Shown here piece after piece: positions 51,672-63,545 of a DNA stretch of 64,000 nucleotides. Below the pieces are notes generated by a model. That model had not been told where the DNA came from. It saw nothing but the letters and a program-made list of their open reading frames with translations, and did no database searches. A program made the position numbers and the translations under genes. Position 1 is the stretch's first letter, and every line of letters begins with the position of its first letter. The stretch comes from an uncultured Acidobacteriota bacterium (GTDB lineage: Bacteria > Acidobacteriota > UBA6911): positions 192,001-256,000 of the forward strand of contig CAWHCF010000022.1 of the NCBI GenBank assembly GCA_963827655.1, read 5' to 3'.

Positions 51672-52300
51672 ATGCTGCGAAGCAATCTTCTGAGACTTGG
51701 AATTTTGTCGTTCCTGGCATTGAGCCAGCTCCTCCCCGTGATTGCAGAGGATAAGCTGGGCCGGGCGGTGGAGCTGTACGAATCCAAGAAATACTCTGAA
51801 GCCGAGGCGGCTTTACGCGAAGTGCTGGCCGAGGAGGCTGGTAATTCTCGCGCCCGTCACACGCTTGGGTTAACCTTGCTGGCGCTCAAAAACTACGGAG
51901 AGGCCGCAAATGAACTCCAAAAAGCTGTCGAGGCCGGTGGGGCGAGCGACACACTTCAGGTGGATCTGGCCCGCGCTTATGTGGAGCTCAAGGAGTGGGA
52001 CAAAGCCGAGGCCGCTTTGAGAGCAGCTGAAGAAATCAAGTCAGACAATCCGGATATCTACTACTATCGCGGAATGGTCGGCTGCGGCGCGCAAAGATTA
52101 CGCCGCATCAGTCGCAGGGTTCGAAAAGGCGATCGAACTCAACCCCTCCCATGCCTACGCGCACTACTATGCCGGACTCGCTTATAACGCCCTCAGGCGG
52201 AGTGACAAAACCGTGCAGCATTTCGCCATCTTTCTCAAGCTCGCCCCTGATGCGCCTGAGGCCAAGAAGGTGGAGTCGCTGCTTCGTGTCGCTTCGGTAG
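51672..52300 (+). CDS. Secreted TPR protein (frameshift near 52080; end approximate)
   Basis: AGGAGG RBS, signal peptide, TPRs continuing in another frame as NPSHAYAHYYAGLAY...FLKLAPDAPEA. Confidence 0.75.
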
Positions 52301-52416
52301 ACCTGATCTTTGCGTCATCGCAGCTCGCGACCCCCAGGACTCGTTGATCCTTCGTTCTTTGCATCGTAGTGGATCGTGTTGCAGCGAAAACCGGGAAGAC
52401 GCTCACGAAGAGTGAC

Positions 52417-55400
52417 ATGAAGCAGTCGAGACGAAAGCTGATCGCCGTCATTGGCGGAGCAGTGATCTTGATCGTGATCATTGCGATTGTCTTGCTGCAC
52501 ACGCCGGCTGCCAACCGCTACGCTCTCGGAATACTTCAAGATCTGCTTCGCCGTGATTTCGGGATTGAGCTGAAGGCCTCCCGCGTGCGGTATAACGCCC
52601 TCCGGCTGTCGGTCAGGCCTGGATCAGGTCGCACTGGGGGCGACTGCAGCACCTGATCTGCCTCCTTTCCTCCAGGTTGAACGAGCCGATTTCCGGCTCA
52701 GCTTGCCGCGGCTTCTTGCCGGTATTCCCGCCATCAGCGCCGCCCGTCTCGACGGGGTGAAAGTACATTACCTGCTGACAGAAGATGGCAGGAGCAATAT
52801 CCCTCGGGATCCCAAGGCGAAACCCTTCGAAGAGTTGCCGGACTTCCTGATTGCCGAATTGGAAGCGCCCGCCGGCTCATTGCTCTTCGAGGACCGGCAG
52901 TCCCGGCTGAAGATCGAAATTCCGCGCTGGAAGCTGGGGGTAAATGGGAATCCCGCAACTCTTGCCCATCGTCTTGTCTTCGAAGCGGAGGAGGCCGGAA
53001 CGGCCAATTACCAGGGACACGCCCTCCCTGTCGAAAAACTAGAGTTAACCGCAACCATCAAGAAGAAGGATCTCGCCCTGGAGAAACTTCACCTCCGCCT
53101 GGGAAACTCGGAAATCTCCGGCTCCGGCTCTCTCGAAGATTTCGCGAGGCCATCCCTGAACTTCAATATCGAGCCGAATCTGGACCTGAGCCAGCTTGCC
53201 GAGCTCGCGGAAATCGGCGTAAAAACCGCGAGGGAGAGTCCGAGGCAAGACCTCGGTTACAGGGCGCCTCGACGACATTCAGATCTCCGGGGATATCGAA
53301 GGAGACGGGATCGCCGCGGCAGGCTACACGCAGATCGGCTTCAACGCTCGAGCGCATTGGAGCAGCAAGGCCGAACAGCTCCGGCTGGACGCGTTTTCCG
53401 CCCGGTCTCCGAAAGGGCAAGTGGAAGGAAAGGGCGCGCTGGCCTTGAATCCAACCGGAGACAGCCGTCTCGACGCTCGAATTCAAGACCTCGATCTGGA
53501 ACCTGCGATCCGGCATTTCGCGCTGCCGGTCCAGGTGTCGAGCCGCGCCAGTGCGAACGTCCGGGCGCAATGGAAAGGACTCGACTTCTCCAGCCTGTCG
53601 GCGGATTCACGATTCAGCCTGGTTCCGGCTCGCTCGACGCCAGGCCCCAACGTCCTGCCGCTTGCGGCGACCGGATCGTTGAAGTCGGCAAACGACCGAA
53701 TCGCAGTTTCGATTGAATCGGCGCGCTTGCTTGGCTCCAGCGTGAGCGGACAGGTGGTGATAAGGTCACTCGAGCACATCGAAGGCGAACTCCGCGGTCA
53801 CGTAGATCAAGTCGAGCAGCTCATGGCCGAAGTGTCAAACTTTCTGGGCCGCAATCCGGACCAGCCTCTGGCCGGCGTGGAGATCACGAGGGAGCGCGGA
53901 TTTTACGGCCCGCCTCCAGGGGAGGGTGGAAAACCCGACCGTCATCGGATCTCTCGAAACCCAGGATCTCGCAGTCGGGGGAATCGAAGGCGCAAGCCTG
54001 AAGGCTGACACCGAGATCACGCGGTCCGGGATAGTCTTGCGAGAAGCTGTGGCGCAACTCAATGACCAGAAGGTCTATGCCGAGGGATTCATAGGGCTGG
54101 AGGGCAGCAGCCCGCCGCTGAAGATTGATGCGCGCGTCGAGCAAGGATCTATTGCCGCAGTTCTGTCGGCGTTGCAAATCGAGATCCCGGCCGAGGGAAA
54201 CTTCAAGGGTGAGGCCCACCTCGGCGGGACGATGACGCATCCTATCGGGAACGCGACTTTCTCAGGTTCTGAACTCAGTCTTCATGGCGAACCGCTTGGG
54301 AACGCTGACTGCGGAAATTCGAGTCGACGGGCAAAGGGTGGAGACCACCCGCCTCCTCCTGGAAAAAACTCCCGGCGACGCCACGGAGGACTCGCTTCAG
54401 GGCAAGGGTGAATACGATATCGGTTCCGGCCGATTCTCATTTGAGGCCGCCGGGAAGGATCTGAAAATCGAAACTCTGAAGCTGCCGGATGAGACGCCGG
54501 TGAGCGGGCAGGTGAACCTGTCGGCGTCCGGGACAGGAACCTTCGACAGTCCCTCGGTCGATCTCAAGCTGCAGGCGACCGATGTCGAGATTCGCGAGCA
54601 GCTGGTGGGTACGCTGGATGCCACCGCCGCGCTCAGGAACCAGCAGGCTCTTATCGAAGTCCGCGCGCCACGCCTGAACCTGGCCTCCAACGCGCGTATC
54701 GAGACCCGCGCTCCCTATCCTATCGAATTCGAGCTGAAGGCAAGCGATTCGGACCTCTCGCTGCTGGCTGTTCCGATTGGTCCCGGGCAGACGCTGGCCG
54801 GGAGCCTCGACGCAACCATCAGCGGCTCGGGAAACCTGGACTCGATTAAACAAGCCGCGCTGTCGGCCGAGATCCGCAAAATCCGGCTCGCCGCGCTCGA
54901 TCGGGAGGTTCGGAACCAGGCTCCAATCAAGCTTGCCTATCGAGATGGCACACTCAGAATCGATCCTGCAATTATCGTTTCAAACAACGCCGAGATAGAA
55001 GTAGCCGGAGCCGTACCGCTCGAGGAGCAAGCCGGGCGTGGGTCTCTGAGCGTCAAAGGCTATTTGGACCTGGCCGAAGTGTTTCCCTTCATTGATGAGC
55101 CGGAAGGACTCTATGCCGCGGGAAGGCTGAATCTGAATCTGGTGCTGGAAGGAACCCTGCGGCGGATGGGGCTTGCTGGAGGCATTACTCTGACCGAGGG
55201 CTTTTTCCATTATCCTTATATCCGAATGCCGCTCACCGACATCGTCGTGGATCTCAAGATCGAGAATGGCATGCTCCTCCTGACTCAGGCGCAGGGACTC
55301 TGGGGGTCCGGGAAGCTCTCACTGAGCGGCGAGATGCCGCTGGAGCTTGTTGCAGCCCAGCTTCCGTTCGAACTCGAAAAAACCGGAAAGCCCGCCCGCT

Positions 55401-58400
55401 TGGCCCTTGCCCTGAGAGATCTTCGCCTCGAGACTCTGGGAGGAGAGTTTCCGAGCGGCATGACCGGGGTCGTGGATCTCCAGGTGAGCGCCGAGGCGCC
55501 GCGACTCGATCTCCAATCTTTGTCCGGCAAGGCAACCTTCGAGAGGTTGCGCCTCCAGATGGAGCAGTACGTGCTGGAACAGGCTGAGCCGTCGACGATT
55601 GTGGTTCGCGACGGCGTGGCGGCGATCGAGCGTTTCGCCCTGACGGGACCCAGGACGAAGCTTCAGGCGAGCGGCACGGCCGGGCTCGGCGGGGATCTGC
55701 CGCTCGATCTTCGAGTCGATGGAAACTTCGATGCGGGGATTCTCACCTTCATGTCGGAGCAGGTCAGAGCGGTGGGAGAGACGCGCCTCGGGCTGGCGCT
55801 TGCCGGGACAGCCAATGCGCCGCTTTTTTCGGGATTCCTCGAGCTTCAAGATGGCCAAGCGACTCTCGCGAATCCGAGGATCGACGCCGACGACCTGGAC
55901 GTTCGCCTCAAGTTCGCCGCGGATTCGGTGGCAATCGAAAACCTCACCGGACAGATCAACGGCGGCTCGCTGCAGGGGCGTGGCTCGGTGGGTTACAGGG
56001 AAGGCGACGTCGCGGATTTTAACATCGACCTGAAGGCCGAAAACATGTTCCTCGAGGCTCCCAAAGGCCTGAAAACGCTTGCGAGCGCAGACCTGAAGGT
56101 TCGCTCTCCCGAACACTGGATCGAAATCGGAGGTTTGGTACAGATCCTGGAGGGCTCTTATCGTGAACCGCTCGAAATCGATAGCGAGCTGCTGAACTAT
56201 CTCCGGGCCGACCAGGTCGCAGATTTAGGCGACAGAACCCAGCCCTCTTCTTTCGAGGATTCGCTACAACGTTTCGCTCGAAACCAAGACCCCGATCATC
56301 GTGGACAATAATCTGGCCAAGCTGGCGGCAGATGCGAATCTCAAGCTCGTCGGAACCTACTATCGTCCGGCGGTGGTTGGGCGGATGCAGGTGGAAGAGG
56401 GGGGCGAGATTTATTTGAACGAGAGAAGGTACTACGTTGAAAGGGGAAACATCGATTTCACCAGCGAGACTCGAATCGAGCCCTCGCTCGACATTCAGGC
56501 CAAAGCCGAAGTCAGTGGCTACGACATTGATCTCCATGTCAGTGGTCCGCCCAAGAAGATTTCCACAACCCTGACCTCGGACCCGCCGCTACCCGAACCT
56601 GACATAATTTCATTGCTGCTTACCGGCCGAACCTTGGAGGCCGTTCAGGGCGAGGAATTCGAGGTGGCGAGAGAGCAGGTTTTTTCGTATCTGGCAGGCC
56701 GCGCCGGCCAAAGAATCTCGGCGGGCGCACAGAGGGCGCTCGGATTAAGCGACGTGCGGATCGAGCCCAGCCTGATCTCCCCCGAATCAGACCCGGGAGC
56801 GCGCCTCACCATCGGCCAGGACATTACTCGAGACTTTCGAATGATCTACTCGATGGATCTTGTCGACAGCGGGAAACAGACCTGGATTCTCGAATACGAT
56901 CTCACCCGGAGATTCACCACCCGTGGAATCAAAGACGATGAAAACGACTATCGATTCGAATTCGATCACGAACTGCGCCTGGGAGGCCCTCCCCAGACGA
57001 AGCAGTATTCTCGTGCCAGGTCGCAACCGAAAAACCGGGTCGGTTCCCTGAAGTTTGCGGGTGACTCGATCTTCCCGGAGAAGACCCTGACCGATAAACT
57101 CGGCGTGAAGCCAGGGGACAAGTACGACTTCTTCAAGCTCCGGAGGGGCACGGACAAACTGCAGAACTTCTACGCAAAACAGGGACACCTCGAGGCATTG
57201 ATTCGACTGGAGCGCCAGCCCCAAAACGGGGAGACGGATCTGACCGTGCAGATCCAGCCCGGTCCCCAGGTAGAGTTTGTTTTCGAAGGCGCCGAGGTCT
57301 CAGGAGATGTGAAAGAGAAAGTTCGGCAGCTTTGGAGCGAAGGCGCCTTCGATGCCCAGCGCGCCGAAGATGCGTTGAAAGTCATTCGGAAACCTCTGGT
57401 CGAAGACGGCTATCTCCAATCCAGCGTGAACTACTCAGTCGAAGAGCTGGCTGACCGAAAGCGAGTCCGGTTCAGCATATCGCCCGGGACGCGCTTCACA
57501 GACGTCGACCTGGTGTTCACGGGCGCTTCTGGAATTGAAGCTTCCGAATTGAAACGCCAGCTCGAAACCGCGGACCTGCGGACCTCTGTCTCTACTGAAC
57601 CGCGCCAGGTTGCAGACTTTTTGAAGCGCCTGTATCAGAAGCGCGGATACCTGCAAGCCGAGATTGAGCCGCCGCGCCTGGAACCCGGGCCTCAAGCAGG
57701 GTCGGGCCAGATGATCATCACGATCAAGGAGGGACCGCTGTTCAAGGTCGGGGATGTGAATTTTTCCGGCCATCGCCATTTCAGCAAAGAGAGGCTTCTG
57801 CAAGCGATTCCTCTGGCAACCGGAAAAGAGTACAGATCGCAGCTCATCGATGAATCCCTCACCGGGCTTGAGCAGCTCTACCGCAGCAACGGCTTCAATG
57901 AGGTCATCATCAGCTATCGGATCGCGCGCGACCCAGGCGCCGCGCTGGCGAACTTCTCTTTCGAAATCGAAGAGCACCGGCAGGGGGTGATACGGGAGAT
58001 CGTCATCGAAGGAAACGACCGGACCAGCGACGGATTTGTGCGCCGTCAGCTGAGCATCAGTCAGGGCGACCTGCTCGATCTGGACAAGATAGGTCGCTCT
58101 CGAACGAAGCTGTACAACACGGGCGCGTACACGATTGTCGATTTCCAAACCGAGGAAATTCAAGAGCCGGGGATCAACTCGTCCTCTGAAATCAAACCAG
58201 TCCGGATACGAGTGAAGGTTAGCGAGGTCACGTCCCTATCGCTTCCGCTATGGAGCTTTCTATGATACCGAACGCGGCGTCGGCGTGATCGCCGATCTTG
58301 CCCACCGGAATTTTCTGGGCAAGGCCGCCGTTGTTGGGGTGAGAACCAGGTATGACTCCGGCCTTAAAGAGGTTCGCGGCTATTTCGGCCAGCCCTCGGT

Positions 58401-59246
58401 CGTAGGTATACCGCTCCGGACTAATGTCACGGCCTTTTCTCACCAGGGAAATCAACGAGGCCGAGCAATTCATAACCGACAGGACTCGGATTCTCTCTCC
58501 AGCAGCAGAAACGCTTTAGAAACCATTCGCTCCTGGAATACGGTTATCGCTACGAGCGCGTCCGGTCCTTTGACAAGGAACCGGAATCCGCTGTTCCCGG
58601 ATCCCATCAGTTTGCCTCTCGCTCGTCTCTTCAGCACGATAACCCGGGATACGCGGGATGACCTGCTGGACGCCACCCGGGGCTCTTTCACCTCACAGGG
58701 GCTGGAGTGGGCGACCGAAAAACTTGGCTCGGACTTTCGTTTCATCAAGTATTACGGTCAGTACTTTTATTATCGTGCCCTGCGTAAGCCGATCGAAGCG
58801 GACAACGGCTTATCTCGGCCGCGGCTGGTCTATGCGGTCGGAGTACGGGCAGGATTGGCGAAGACGTTCAAGGGAGAGTTCTTGATTCCGAGCGGAACGT
58901 TTTTTTGCCGGCGGCGGCACGACGGTACGTGGTTTTGAGCAAGACCTGCTCGGACCGCGGGATGCTTTGGGAGACCCGCTCGGCGGCGAGGCGGTTTTCA
59001 TCCTGAACAACGAATTGCGCTTCCCGATTGTCTCTATTTTCGATGGAGTCGGATTCGTCGATCTCGGGCAACGTTTATTTGAAGGCTTCCGATTTCAATC
59101 CATTCGACGTGCGTAAAACTGCAGGTGCCGGGCTTCGGCTGCGCACATCATTTCTGCTTCTGAGACTCGACTATGGATTCAAGCTCGACCGGAAACCGGG
59201 CGAGAGTCGGGGCGGGTTATTCTTCAGTATCGGCCAGGCATTTTGA
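52417..59246 (+). CDS. Very large TamB/AsmA-like + POTRA + Omp85 (TamA/BamA) fusion protein, broken by several frameshifts
   Basis: N-terminal TM anchor, long AsmA/TamB-like beta repeats, DUF490-like end (IEPSLDIQA...LTSDPPLPEPDIISLLLTG) in frame with POTRA repeats, then barrel motifs GTTVRGF, FVDLGNV and a terminal FSIGQAF. Confidence 0.8.
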
Positions 59247-59247
59247 G

Positions 59248-59288
59248 GGTGTCAGGCCTTGAAGATTCAATGTTCAAGGCCTGACACC
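59248..59288. repeat. Perfect 16-bp inverted repeat (REP-like or bidirectional terminator)
   Basis: GGTGTCAGGCCTTGAA-N9-TTCAAGGCCTGACACC between convergent genes. Confidence 0.75.
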
Positions 59289-59306
59289 TGGAGTCTGGCT
59301 TGTGGT

Positions 59307-60194
59307 TCAACGGATCCAATTGCGGCCCAGGAATTCCAACATCGTATCCCAGGCCTGGACCGCTGCCCGGCTGTCCGATACCGACATATCGGGCGCACGG
59401 AAGAAACCGTGAGGGGCGCGACTGTAGACCTCCCATTCGAAGACCTTGTTGAGCCGCCGCATCTCGCGAGCGGTCTCCGCGGCGCGTCCCGTTATGCTGG
59501 TAGCGGTATTGTTGTCCAGGGCGCCATAAAGCGCCAGCATCGGCGACGTAACATCGGGAAGAGCCTCGAATGGGGGTGAGGATCCATAGAAGACAATCGC
59601 CGCCCACAATTTCGTATTCCTGGTGGCGAGGGTGAATGACCGCGCGCCCCCCCAGCAGAAACCGACCGAGGCGATATGCGCGACGTCGACGTCAGGGCGA
59701 CGCGTGAGCCATTCGAAACCGGCGTTCAAGGCGTCGATTTCATCCTCAGGAACTGCGGCGACGCCGGTCCTGAGGGTTTCAAGCATCCAGGGCGCGTGTT
59801 GGCCATCGGGCAGCAGCGCAAATGGGAGGACGTGAGGAGCGAGCGCCAAAGCGCCCCGGCGCGCGAATTTCCGGGCGACATTCCGGACGAACTCGGTGAT
59901 GCCGACGTTTTCGTGGATCACAATGATCGCGGGAAAAGGGCCCCCCTGTGTCGGTTTCGCCAGGAAAAAATCAATCGACCTGTCGCTCATCATATACTGG
60001 CCCGTTGATTCTTCGATAACGGACTCCTGAGCGCGCGCTTCTTGAATGAAGCTGGAATCGAAACCGAGCGTGCTCAAGGCATGGCTGGCGGCAATAACGC
60101 TGCCGGTGGTCGCGATGAGACCCTGAATAAAGTCTCGGCGGCCTAGGGATCCTGTGCGGAATTTGTCACATAACTCTGTCACGGCGGTTTTCAT
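59307..60194 (-). CDS. Dienelactone hydrolase family protein with Tat-like signal
   Basis: GRRDFI, IHENVG, GFCWGG, APHGF; AGGAGG RBS. Confidence 0.88.
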   Translation of the reverse strand: MKTAVTELCDKFRTGSLGRRDFIQGLIATTGSVIAASHALSTLGFDSSFIQEARAQESVIEESTGQYMMSDRSIDFFLAKPTQGGPFPAIIVIHENVGITEFVRNVARKFARRGALALAPHVLPFALLPDGQHAPWMLETLRTGVAAVPEDEIDALNAGFEWLTRRPDVDVAHIASVGFCWGGARSFTLATRNTKLWAAIVFYGSSPPFEALPDVTSPMLALYGALDNNTATSITGRAAETAREMRRLNKVFEWEVYSRAPHGFFRAPDMSVSDSRAAVQAWDTMLEFLGRNWIR

Positions 60195-60443
60195 AGATCT
60201 ACCTCCTTGGGTCAAAGCACGGACTTCAAACTAGTTCGTCTATTAATACCTCCGATGTAAATTCCCGCGACGCTGAGAGTAGTGAGTTTGCCGCAGGGTG
60301 CGCAAGAGGAAAATCCGGCGGCTGGATCCCTCGCGACCTTGCGTCCTGGCAGTATATCCCGTTTTCAAGCCCTGTCACGCGAAGAGTTATTGCGCGACGG
60401 TCCCGTTGCGGATACGATGAAGGCATTTGGAGGATCGTCCATC

Positions 60444-61580
60444 ATGTCAGTCACTCGCAGGCAATGTTTGAAAATGATCGGCGGCTCTGCCGCTGCAGGC
60501 GCCGTTATAGCTCCGAACATCACGGCCCCGGCTCTGCAGGCACAGGTCTCTTCCAAAGCGGAGCGCAGCAAGCTTTCGATGCCGGGACCGTACCGAGGTC
60601 GCGTGGTCGCAATCGAGAGTCGTCGCTCCATCCTGTCGGGCCAGTACCAGGCCGCGACGATCCAGGAGATGATGCGCCGGGGGATGACCGAGTTGACGGG
60701 GACCGCGGGCTGGGTCGATGCCTGGCGCAGTTTCTTCGAACCAGGAGACGTCGTCGGTATCAAGGTTAATCCCGTAGGGGCGCCGCACGTGATCTCCGAC
60801 GCCAGCGTTGTGCGCGAAATCATCGAGGGCCTCAAGGCCGCCGGAGTAAAGGCAAAAGACATCGTCGTCTATGACCGCTATCGCGCCCAGTTCTTCAAGG
60901 CCGGATTCGACAAGTGGCTTCCCGAGGGCGTTCGGACCTCTTCCGCCGCTGAAGACTACGAGACCGTGCAGCAGGCAATCGAAGGTTATGACCCCGACCA
61001 TTACATGGACATGGCCCTTACCCTTCCGGGCTATGATGTGGACAATCTCACCGCCCGCCGTTCATATGCGGCCCGCTTCATTACCAAAGAGATCAACAAG
61101 CTGATCAATCTGCCGGTTCTGAAGGATCACCAGTCCGCCGGAGTTACGCTCGCATTGAAAAACTTGTCTCACGGGCTGGTCAACAACGTCAATCGCAGTC
61201 ACTCCAGCAAGACTCTCAATGCTTGCGGCGCGTTTATCCCGGCCGTGGTTTCGATGCCCGTGATTCGCAACAAGGCCGTGTTGCACATTCTCGACGGGAT
61301 CAAGGCGTTATATCACGGCGGGCCGGGAGCGAGGCCGCAGTATGTCTGGGAGCATCATTCACTCTACTTCGCTACCGACCCGGTGGCGCTCGACCGGATC
61401 GGCTGGAAGGTCCTCGACCAAAAGCGCGCCGAGGTTGGAATGAAATCGCTCGCAGAAGACAGGCCGGATAAGGTGAGCACCTTTCTCAGCCGGCAGCCCG
61501 AACACGTGGAAATTGCGGGAGCCTTGGGGCTTGGAGAATGGGACGAGGCGAAAATCGACCTCCGTCGCCTCCAGCTCTGA
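60444..61580 (+). CDS. DUF362-family protein with Tat signal
   Basis: TRRQCLK, GDVVGIKVN, INLPVLKDH..AGVTLALKN, TDPVALD; GGAGG RBS. Confidence 0.8.
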   Translation: MSVTRRQCLKMIGGSAAAGAVIAPNITAPALQAQVSSKAERSKLSMPGPYRGRVVAIESRRSILSGQYQAATIQEMMRRGMTELTGTAGWVDAWRSFFEPGDVVGIKVNPVGAPHVISDASVVREIIEGLKAAGVKAKDIVVYDRYRAQFFKAGFDKWLPEGVRTSSAAEDYETVQQAIEGYDPDHYMDMALTLPGYDVDNLTARRSYAARFITKEINKLINLPVLKDHQSAGVTLALKNLSHGLVNNVNRSHSSKTLNACGAFIPAVVSMPVIRNKAVLHILDGIKALYHGGPGARPQYVWEHHSLYFATDPVALDRIGWKVLDQKRAEVGMKSLAEDRPDKVSTFLSRQPEHVEIAGALGLGEWDEAKIDLRRLQL

Positions 61581-61582
61581 TA

Positions 61583-61658
61583 CAGGATTTAGGATCTAGG
61601 ATTTAGGCTGGGGAGTCGTTTCTGAATCCAAATCTAGATCCTGAAATCCTAAATCCTG
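61583..61658. repeat. Heptamer inverted-repeat element, (AGGATTT)n-spacer-(AAATCCT)n
   Basis: Fills the gap between two convergent stop codons. Confidence 0.8.
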
Positions 61659-61661
61659 ACT

Positions 61662-63167
61662 TTAATTGCGCTTGATCCGCAGCGCAATGTCCTCAGTATA
61701 ACCCGGCGACTGCAGTTCAATCGGACCTCCCCGAGACACGAACCGCTCGTTTCTTTCGATGCGGCCGCTTCGTGTATCAAGCCACCCTGCCTCGTACGAT
61801 CCGGCCGGCAGTTCGAGTTGCAGCTTCACCTGTTGAGTTTCGAGAGACACTTTATATGGCGGGCGGGGCCGCTGGCCGGACGTCTGGCCGTGATCAGGTT
61901 GGCCGTGGTGGATGTAGATCGCGTACGCGGTCCCGAGCTGAGCCAGCGCGCGCACGGTAGCTTCAGGGGGAACTCCTCCCTTGATGAAGCTCGTGTCAGG
62001 ACGCATTCGGATGAAATCGAGACTGTGGATGAAATTCTTGAGAATCCCGAGCTGGTGTCTCAACCCGGAACTCCCGCCACCCGGTGTGGTGGCCGGAGGC
62101 ACAAAAGTTCCGTTCTCATGCTCTGTGGTGAACGAGTAGTCCAGGTTATTGTAGAGCGCGCCGCCGGCGAGGATGAAGTCCCACCCCTGGATCCGGTAGG
62201 TAACGTCCGCGGAACCATCGAATCCGGTCTCGTTCAAACCGATCGCCTTATTCAGATCATAGTTCAGCTTGACGCTGTCCGGAGGACGCGAATAGTGAAA
62301 GTTGAAGATTGAGATTGCCCTGTGCGGGTTCTGAACCCTGGTCGAGCCGTTGCTGATGTTTCTGGCAATCAGATGTTTGGAGCCGAAAGAAGCTTCTGCA
62401 GCCAGGATGGTCTCGGTGATGTGATCCTGCCACTCGACCGTCACCCCGGCAAAGTAGGGCTCGTTGCAGATTTCGTAATAGAGGTTGTCGTAGTCGCGCA
62501 GCTCGGTAACGATCTTCCGTACCATCGCGTCCTGGACCGCAACCAGCCTGCTGTCTTTGAGAGTAAGCGCGTCCGTCCTGTTGATGCCGGCTCCTATGCC
62601 GTTAATGTTGTTCGCAGGATTCAGCGGGCTTACGTTCCAGAGCTCATCGTTGTAATAGGGACAGAAGAGACTGACCTCGACCACGACGCCTCGCCGGCTT
62701 GCTTCGCGGACGAAGTCTTTCAGCCGCGTGATGTGAGATTCGTCCCAGGTTTCAAGATCGAACTTGTTGCCGCCACCGGCAAATCCCGGGGTGGAGCTGC
62801 GCGCCCAAATACAGCTGAAGCGGTTGGGCGCAGGCGCCAGAGTGTTGTTCGCGATGTTAAACGACCCCGGTATCTCCAGGTAGGGCCCGCCCGGCCAGAC
62901 GCGTGTGAGATTAAGCCCGCGCGACTGAAGTTCGCTGAGGTAGGCCACGTAGTCGAAATCGAGGTTGAGGACCGCTCCGTAGTGTTCCCCTGACGTAATC
63001 AAGACCGTTGGCTTGCCGCGGAACAGAAAGTAATGAGGATTGTCGGGATGAAGTCTCAGCGGTTCGGCAGCGGCCGCAGTCGGGACGGCGGCCAGAAGGG
63101 CGCCAATCAGCGCCATGACGGCAATCAAGGCAGCGTTCTTTCCCATCAATGCGGGTGTCGAAATCAT
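61662..63167 (-). CDS. Secreted clan GH-A (GH5-like) glycoside hydrolase
   Basis: Signal peptide, LHPDNPHYFLFRGKP, YYEICNEP (acid/base), LNETGF (nucleophile). Confidence 0.75.
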   Translation of the reverse strand: MISTPALMGKNAALIAVMALIGALLAAVPTAAAAEPLRLHPDNPHYFLFRGKPTVLITSGEHYGAVLNLDFDYVAYLSELQSRGLNLTRVWPGGPYLEIPGSFNIANNTLAPAPNRFSCIWARSSTPGFAGGGNKFDLETWDESHITRLKDFVREASRRGVVVEVSLFCPYYNDELWNVSPLNPANNINGIGAGINRTDALTLKDSRLVAVQDAMVRKIVTELRDYDNLYYEICNEPYFAGVTVEWQDHITETILAAEASFGSKHLIARNISNGSTRVQNPHRAISIFNFHYSRPPDSVKLNYDLNKAIGLNETGFDGSADVTYRIQGWDFILAGGALYNNLDYSFTTEHENGTFVPPATTPGGGSSGLRHQLGILKNFIHSLDFIRMRPDTSFIKGGVPPEATVRALAQLGTAYAIYIHHGQPDHGQTSGQRPRPPYKVSLETQQVKLQLELPAGSYEAGWLDTRSGRIERNERFVSRGGPIELQSPGYTEDIALRIKRN

Positions 63168-63261
63168 TTTGTGTCCTTTGTCTTTTTGATGTCGCTTGCG
63201 TCTCGGCAACCTGTTGTTGCTGAAACTCCGGACGACCTCGCTCACCTTGGTCATCGCCAGA

Positions 63262-63296
63262 TTGACATCAAGTCATCACAATGATAGCATCACTTC
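63262..63296 (+). promoter_or_regulatory. Sigma70 promoter of the antitoxin gene, likely leaderless transcript
   Basis: TTGACA (63262-63267), N17, TAGCAT (63285-63290) with TGn extension; ATG 6 nt downstream and no SD. Confidence 0.65.
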
Positions 63297-63545
63297 ATGC
63301 GTACGACGCTGACATTGGATGAAGATGTCGCGGTAACCTTGAAACGGATCGCAAAGCGGCGAGGAACATCCTTTAAAGCGACAGTGAACGATGCTTTGCG
63401 CCTCGGCCTCGATACGCTGGCTCAACCGCCTCGACTCGCGGAGCCTTATAGCATCAACCCGTGGAACCTCGGCGGGAGCATGGTGGGGAGTCTCGACAAT
63501 GTCGAGGAAGTACTGTCTCGCATCGAGGGAGAGGATCACGTGTGA
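63297..63545 (+). CDS. VapB-type (CopG/RHH) antitoxin, orphan
   Basis: MRTTLTLDEDVA...SFKATVNDALRLGL...LDNVEEVLSRIEG. Confidence 0.85.
   Translation: MRTTLTLDEDVAVTLKRIAKRRGTSFKATVNDALRLGLDTLAQPPRLAEPYSINPWNLGGSMVGSLDNVEEVLSRIEGEDHV

Noticed and set aside
14065-59246. Calling glnD, the ADOPs, the TamB-TamA fusion and others pseudogenes or programmed frameshifts
   Set aside because: Single-base frame breaks occur in more than ten unrelated genes without accumulated in-frame stops. Long-read indel error is the simplest explanation, pending read-level checks.
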